Position numbers and translations under genes: made by a program
Shown: piece after piece, positions 57,775 to 64,000 of the stretch
Numbering within the stretch: position 1 is the stretch's first letter
How the letters are laid out: each line of letters opens with the position of its first letter
NCBI GenBank assembly: GCA_905178155.1
Contig: CAJINV010000006.1
Coordinates: 3,160,437 to 3,224,436 of the forward strand
Reading direction: 5' to 3'
DNA from: Amoebophrya sp. A120
Lineage: Eukaryota; Protista; Dinoflagellata
DNA: 64,000 nt
Notes under the pieces: generated by a model
What the model saw: the letters and a program-made list of their open reading frames with translations, nothing else
Databases searched by the model: none
Told to the model about the DNA's origin: nothing

Positions 57775-60700
57775 ATGGTTGGCACAACTACAACAATATC
57801 CGCCCAGCCCGGCGACGGAAACAAGGAAAGTATTGAAGTGAAATCTGCAAACAAAAGAGCTCCTCCTTCTGTGTCGAAGAAAGTGAAGAACAAGAAGAAG
57901 ATCAAGTGGGAGCAGCACAACATGAAGATGAACAAGGATAATGAAGCCTCTGAAGCTAGCGCTGCTCCTGGTACAACTTCCAATAGCGCGGGTCCTGCCG
58001 CACCGTCGTCCTCTGCCTCCTCTTCCGAGGATGTTGTTTCCTCTTCCGAGGACTTCCACTTCGTCGGAGTGCAGCCAACAGCTACAACGATAGCTGCAGC
58101 AGACCAGCAGCACCAGCACGAAGAAGTAAAAAACGACCAAACTAGTCGTGCTGACCACAACTCTTTCCGCCCGCCCATGAGCAACCAGTTGCACCAAGAC
58201 GTGGTCGACGATGGTACCACGAAAAGCGGTATTTATTGGACCGTCAGCGTTGGGTTAATTCTGCTCCTATCAAATGTAAAAGTGTCTGGGTCTGGAAAGT
58301 TGGAACTTGTGATGCCAGCTTTGGAGTTTAAAAAAATCTGTATTGCATGACCAGCAAGAAGAGCCACATTTGGGCTACGCGAGGAGGGCATTTGTCATGC
58401 GGAAATGGCATCAGGAAGCTTTCCAAAAATCTGTGATGCTGGGTCATGCATTACAAGCATCATGGGTCATGCCAGACAAGCATGACAACCCTTCCGTTCT
58501 TCCAGACCCAGACATTTTTACATTTGATAGCTCCCGCTTTTCCTATACGGGGTGATTCTGTTTGGCGTCAACATGTATCAACTGTAAAAGTGTCTGGGTC
58601 TGGAAGGTTGAAACTTGTGATGCTAACTTTGGACTCTAAAAAATTCTGTATTGCATGACCAGCAAGAGGAGTCCGGTTTGTGCTACGCGTGGAGGGCATT
58701 TGTCATGCGAAATAGGCATCAGGAAGGCCTCTGAAAATCTGTGATGCTAAGGCTTCCATGACAGACATTCTGTGTCATGCAAAAACAGCATAACAAATTT
58801 CGGGTTCTTCCAGACCCAGACATTTTTACATTTGATAACATGCAACGATCCGCGGTTCAGAGTCATGGTACTGATGTGAACGTCCGCGGTAAACCGATGA
58901 ATTATGGGACTCTCAAATGTTACATTCTCAACTGGAACTGTTACATGATTTGTCATGCAAAATTGCCATCAGTATCTGTGTGATAAAGCTGCATCGCATG
59001 ACAAATCCAAATTCTCCCAGCGCCAAAGAGGCGAAGAAACTGCGCCAGATCTGTCATGCAAGACGCGCAGGCCCCCCCTTTCACTTTTGCCATTCTTGCA
59101 TCACAAATTTATGTTGTAACAGTTGAGAGTGTAACAGTTGAGAACGCCATATGAATACGGGCTTTCTTGCAGCGTCTTCCCCGACGGAACGGAAGTTCCT
59201 CGCTCCGACGAAAAGTACCGCTACCACCATTGAGAAGAAAAAGGGGTATGTGGTTCTTGAGGACCACTGGCGGACGACGGGCAAGGGTGAAGCGGCAAGA
59301 GCTGTTGCACATGATGATCACCACGTCGTGTTGCCACGGCAAAAGGAACAAAAGCCCGTCTCGTCCGACGGAAAAAGCGCCCCTGGAGGTGCTGGTCATC
59401 ATGCTGGTCCTGATCATGGCACCGGACGCGGAGCCGAGGAAGATGATTCCGAGTCAGAAGACGTGGCGAAAGAGGACCATGCTTCATCGAAACATTCCGA
59501 CCATGATGATGAAAGGGACGATCATGTTGTTGTCCACCCTCCACGTCCTTCTGCATCGAAGATGAAAACCACGAAAACGACACCCACGATCTCGCAAATT
59601 CCCGGACCGGCACCAGGTTCAGGACCTGCTCCAGCTGCTTCTGCTGCTGTGGAAATCGCGGCCTTGTCTGAGGATGGTGGACAGCAAGACGAAGATCGCG
59701 GGAACTCGAACTCGCCGCAGCCCTCGCCTGGCGAGAATGAGATGAAAGCCGCTTCGACGTTTTTGGAGGAGGAGGAAGGGAGTGATGAAAGTGAAAGTGT
59801 AAGTGAAGCCAGTACTGCTGTCGATGATGGTGCGGGAGACGAAGACCTGATCTATCCAGGAAAAAACACCCATCCCCATCCAATTTGTCATGCAAAACAT
59901 GCATAAAATCCGCCATTTGTTATGCATGCAATGGATGGGGATGGTTGTTTTTTCCTGGATATGATCATGGATGATTACACGACCGGCAAAATGAATTCCA
60001 AGTCCTCCGCAGCTCCGGTTGAAACCGAGGAATTTGAAGATGAAAATCAAAATGACCAGCCCGTGGGCGGTGAAATGCAAATGCAAGACAAGCATGGTGC
60101 TGTCTCTCGGTCTTCGTCTTCGGACGTTGCTTTCACGATGGATTTTCTGGAAGTTGGACAGGGGACTGCTGCTGTTCCACCGCGACCAGTACAAGCAGGA
60201 GTTCCATCTCGTTTCGTCGTGCCGGGTTCACCGCCAGTGTACCCGGCAGTCACTGCGCATGTCCCGCCAGGAGAAACACCACCGGGGCAGGAGCCGTCAC
60301 TACATCATCATACGCCGCCACCTTCTGCTCCTTCTGAGAAGGAGCAGAAGTCCCGCCTGAAAGTCAAAGTCACGGAGAAAGACCTCCAACAACACGCTCC
60401 GTTGCAAGTCGTGTACTACTGCAAATACCGAGACGGGGAAACCGACACCATTGCGGACCGTGCTGCACGCCCGAAAAATGCGGAAGCGCCACAAGCCGAA
60501 ACCGTGGAGGACTATTTGAACAAAGGCAGGTCGGCGATGAGCCCGCGCGCGTCGAAGGAGGAATGTATGAGAAAGTGCACGGGCTACCTAAAATGCGGCG
60601 TCTTTGCGTCGGTACCCTTACCGCAGCCCGACGACTCCGGGAGCACGGTGATGTGCTTTTTCGGGGACAAAACCCACGCGAACACACTCGACGCGGACGC

Positions 60701-61757
60701 TGCAGGGTGGGAAATTTCCTGTGTGGCGGCCTCCGGTACTGGAGAGGGCAGCGGCCTGACCGAGGCGAATTTGAGGAGTCTGGCTGGTGAAGGGGGCGAC
60801 AGCTCCAGGACCTCGGGGAGGAATGCGATGTCTGATGCTGATCGTTATCCCGTGCAAAAACGCTATGACATTGCCTGGCTTGCTCTTTTTTGTCAACTTG
60901 CGAAGGAGAATGGGTCTTCGTACTACAAAAGCAAAACGGCAGCCTTCTACAAATAAACCTGCTGTACATTTTGTCTCTACTTTATTTTTTGCCGCGAGCT
61001 GCGCTACGGCCACAAATGCGAATCAAAAGACAATTTGTATTTCATAGATACCTCGTCCAATTTTGTATAGTGATGGCCTCCTCCTGTATTGCGGACGCGA
61101 GTTGGAATTAAAGATGCTGATAACTCTGACATAAGTGTTTTTGCCTTGCATAGAGCTTCCACGGTGGCTTCAGAGCAGGATCTTGAAGGTGATGATGATC
61201 TTGATGCCCTCGACGAAGCAGATGAGTATGAAGAGGATGCAGGAGCGCATGCTCCTCTCGTTAAGACTCCTGAAGAAAATCAAACGGATGCGCAGCACAC
61301 CAGCTCCGCTGTGGCCGGAGCCGTTGAGCGGCACGACACCTGCCGCGGCTCGCACTGGTGGTCCCGATCGCACTGCGAGTGCTTGATGTACGACGCTGGA
61401 GATTCCCAAGGCTTCGTTCCGGTGAATGTCGCAGAAGGAAACAAGCACGGCCGCGAAACTACCATGTGTGACCGGGACGCGAAAATCGGGTCCGTTTGTG
61501 GCACAGGAATGAAGAGGAACAAAGAGGCTGGCGAGGGGAGGTGTGTCTTCAAATGTGCTTCGCGGCATTGCAAGTGCATCAAACACGGCGACCACACTGA
61601 ATACAAAGACGGGAATGCGAATTGCAAAAACTTATGGACCGCAATTCAAAAGCGCACGGTCGCGTACTGGAACATCAATCGGACTCGGACAGCTAGTGAA
61701 GAATTGGTGCATGATGAGGATGGCCAAGTTTTCGTATTCGAGTTTCCAAAAGCTTAA
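57775..61757 (+). CDS. Gene 7: single-pass membrane protein with acidic low-complexity and Cys-rich (PAN/apple-like) segments
   Basis: Hydrophobic helix IYWTVSVGLILLLPLFLYGVILFGVNM forms only after removing elements; SKEECMRKCTGYLKCGVF..MCFF cysteine spacing. Confidence 0.65.
58268..58529. mobile_element. Introner family C
   Basis: Perfect-looking ~26-bp TIR; DR GCTCC. Confidence 0.94.
58576..58837. mobile_element. Introner family C
   Basis: TIRs; DR ACATG. Confidence 0.94.
58903..59151. mobile_element. Introner family I
   Basis: TATGGGACTCTCAAATGTTACATTCTCAACTG...CAGTTGAGAGTGTAACAGTTGAGAACGCCATA; DR TGAAT. Confidence 0.88.
59853..59961. mobile_element. Minimal 109-bp introner, family J
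   Basis: ~30-bp near-perfect TIR; DR TGATC. Confidence 0.93.
60846..61152. mobile_element. Degenerate introner
   Basis: TATCCCGTGCAAAAACGCTATG...CATAAGTGTTTTTGCCTTGCATA; DR unclear. Confidence 0.55.
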
Positions 61758-61899
61758 GCTTTGGCTTAGTATTTGAGGACCAAAATAACAAAGCCACGAC
61801 GAATCGGATTCATCGTGGCGCAGGCACTGCACGTCAATTCACAGAAGATGCTGAACTACTTACCATGTGAACTGGTGCTTATCTTCATGTCATTAACAT

Positions 61900-64000
61900 T
61901 GTGATGCTTGTTACGTGAGCTTCATCTTGAATTTTTTACATGTGAGAAGTACGCGATCTGCTTTTGCCCAGGATGCAAGAAATGGGACGGTAGGTATTGT
62001 GGTTCCAAAGGAGTTGACGCGACCTGTCGTGCCAAGCCGCCACTCGGGGGCAACGAAATTTGCGTCAAGATGCTATGCAGTGCAACTAGGTCTCGGTCGG
62101 ACGAGGGGTGGAAGAACTTAAGTGAGTATATTACTTGTCTGCAACTTCTCGAAAATCTGTGTTGCATAACCGACAAGAAGAGTGCAGCTTCGTTTGTCAT
62201 GCACAAATGAGTTTCGCAATTTGCTTTTCCTTTTGCAGTACGCAATGTGCATCAGTACGAGAGACGGCCCTCTTCTTGAATGAAGCTTGTCATGCTTGTC
62301 TGGTTGTAATTCAAATCTCTGCAACATCACGAGTTCTTTCCAGACCCAGACGTATTTGCAGTGGATAGGCCCTCAATGCTGTCGATTCAGTCAACCCATT
62401 CGCCGCGATCCCTCCTCCGAATTTGAATGTCTATCCGCCAGAAAAGCACAGCCATACCTGAAAAAGAAACGAATTTGCGTTGCGGGGGGTTTTAGCTAAT
62501 GCTCAGCATGACAAACTGAAACTTTTTTGGTTGTATGTAGTTCTAGAAGTAGTCCTAGACCTCATGACCCAGGAAGACTACGACTCGGTTCTGCATGACA
62601 GAAAATAAATTTCTCTGTCTCTAGTGGTGTGGTCTGGTCTCCGCTTTCGCAGAGTGGCGCCAAGAATTTGCTAGCACCGCAACTTCATTTCCTTCCTGGT
62701 ATAAGTATGGCTGTATTTTTTTGTCGGATAATCCTCTCGACCCAGTCAAGCGTTCTGTGCAAGGCGCTGTGGTGGGACAGGAAATGGGCCAGGATGCGCA
62801 GGATGAGTTTCTGCAGTTGGCTGCCCTGGTATGCAATGCAAGTACACAACACGACACTTCTCCCCCGTAGTTCCCGAGATTGTATTGCAGACGAAGCACC
62901 ATCGAGAGAAAAAAAATGGCTCTCCTCAGCAGGATTGGGTGACGAGATTTACAACAACAAGGCATATTAGGTCATCAAGACGGTAGTAGCCAATTTCGAT
63001 TCGCTCTGAGTACCAGCTGCTTCGTGTTTACGTACAGAAGCGGCACCCACAGCGAAGCAATTCCATTCATGTGTATGAAGACATCAAACTCACAGTGGTC
63101 ATCTTCTACGCGGTGGTGTAGTACTCAGTTGCATTGCATACCCGGATTCCACCCAATTGGTTAAAATCGCGGGGCAAAAGAGCGGACAAGAACTGTACTT
63201 CGACGACGCACTAAACCGGGTGCAGCACGCCGTAAACATTGGGTATCTGCAGCGGTTGCAGAACTACCTCTACGTGCCTCTTCGCGGATGGATCATTGCC
63301 GAGGGATTCTTACCGCCCAAACTGGTGCAAGTTCTCAACCTGGCAGTTGAGGGTGCCATGACGTACATCGCCGTGGTGGCCTACGGCAGTGTGTATCCAA
63401 TGCAAAAGTTGTATGACGCTCGTACTTCTAAATCTAGTACAATATCGTGATGACGCATGACAGATTTTCCTTCTATAGCTGATTCTGCATGACAAACTCC
63501 ATTCTCCCTTCTCACGATGAAATTTGTGGTGCAAAACGTTGCGTACGAGCGCGATTAAGGATGTTTTTGCAATGCATACCCTGCCTGCCATCGCGATTCC
63601 CCTGGCCATTTTTCGCGCTGCCGAGTTCTATTGCTCGAGCCAGGAGGAGGAAAAAGCGAGCACGGAGGAGGGAGAAGACGCTGCAGTCAAGAAGAGCGGC
63701 GGATTGAGCCGGAAGTCGTTCTGTAAACTGCTCAACACAGCCAAAAACAAGTTTCCGGGGACCACCCACGCAGTGTACGGCGTCATGAACGCGCTCAACT
63801 TTCTCCTAAGCATTGCAAAAGTAGCGTACTTCTAGTGGGAATTGCATTACAAATTTTATTATCAGAGCCAAAAATTGAATTTGTACATGCTGATTCAGCT
63901 AGTAAAGTAGATTTGTCATCATGCGGATGCGAGGCTGCAATTACTACGACTGCGATAGTACTTTTGCAGTGCATATCTCCTTACCGGCAGCAACCTCGTG
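61900..64000 (+). CDS. Cys-rich and hydrophobic exons: continuation of gene 7 or a further gene; runs off the window
   Basis: Exon-like segments CFCPGCKKWDGRYC, QCCRFSQP, YLYVPLRGWII..AMTYIAVVAYGSV, IPLAIFRAAEFYC separated by elements. Confidence 0.5.
62074..62367. mobile_element. Introner family C (degenerate)
   Basis: 3' TIR CCAGACCCAGACGTATTTGCAGTGGATA; DR poor. Confidence 0.7.
63394..63578. mobile_element. Introner family A (degenerate)
   Basis: TATCCAATGCAAAA...TTTTGCAATGCATA; DR poor. Confidence 0.7.
63807..63975. mobile_element. Introner family A
   Basis: TAAGCATTGCAAAA...TTTTGCAGTGCATA; DR TCTCC. Confidence 0.88.

Noticed and set aside
5586-63975. Many short ORFs sharing peptides such as CKSIVLV, QTQTFLQ, MSGSG, KFVMH
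   Set aside because: They are translations of introner TIRs and internal motifs, not a protein family.
518-63975. Group I/II self-splicing introns or euglenid-type nonconventional introns
   Set aside because: Too short, lacking group I/II core features, orientation-free, and with TAT...ATA ends plus a 5-bp repeat rather than the euglenid CAG/CTG end pairing.

Overview
Eukaryotic (protist) genomic DNA with about 7-8 protein-coding genes, all on the + strand. Two are recognisable: a tubulin-tyrosine-ligase-like polyglutamylase (~24.1-39.3 kb) and an RluA-family pseudouridine synthase with a long C-terminal extension (~41.7-52.4 kb). The coding regions are interrupted by more than 80 MITE-like elements (mostly 110-380 bp) of about 10 sequence families. 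Nearly all begin TAT, end ATA, have terminal inverted repeats (TIRs), are flanked by a 5-bp direct repeat (DR) and share the motif GCATNACA/TGTNATGC. At the junctions I traced, removing an element plus one DR copy restores the reading frame and conserved motifs although no common GT-AG pair exists, and the elements sit in both orientations, so they behave as non-canonical, structure-defined introns (introners). This resembles the invasive non-canonical introns described in the dinoflagellate parasite Amoebophrya; the organism assignment is inference. Four introners carry nested GC-rich inserts, including a 1.4-kb palindrome and a TIR element with a 6-bp target-site duplication, and a 2.3-kb structured element sits between 27-bp direct repeats. 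No transposase was found. Most ORF-track entries are artefacts. Coordinates were read by eye; gene starts and some junctions are approximate.
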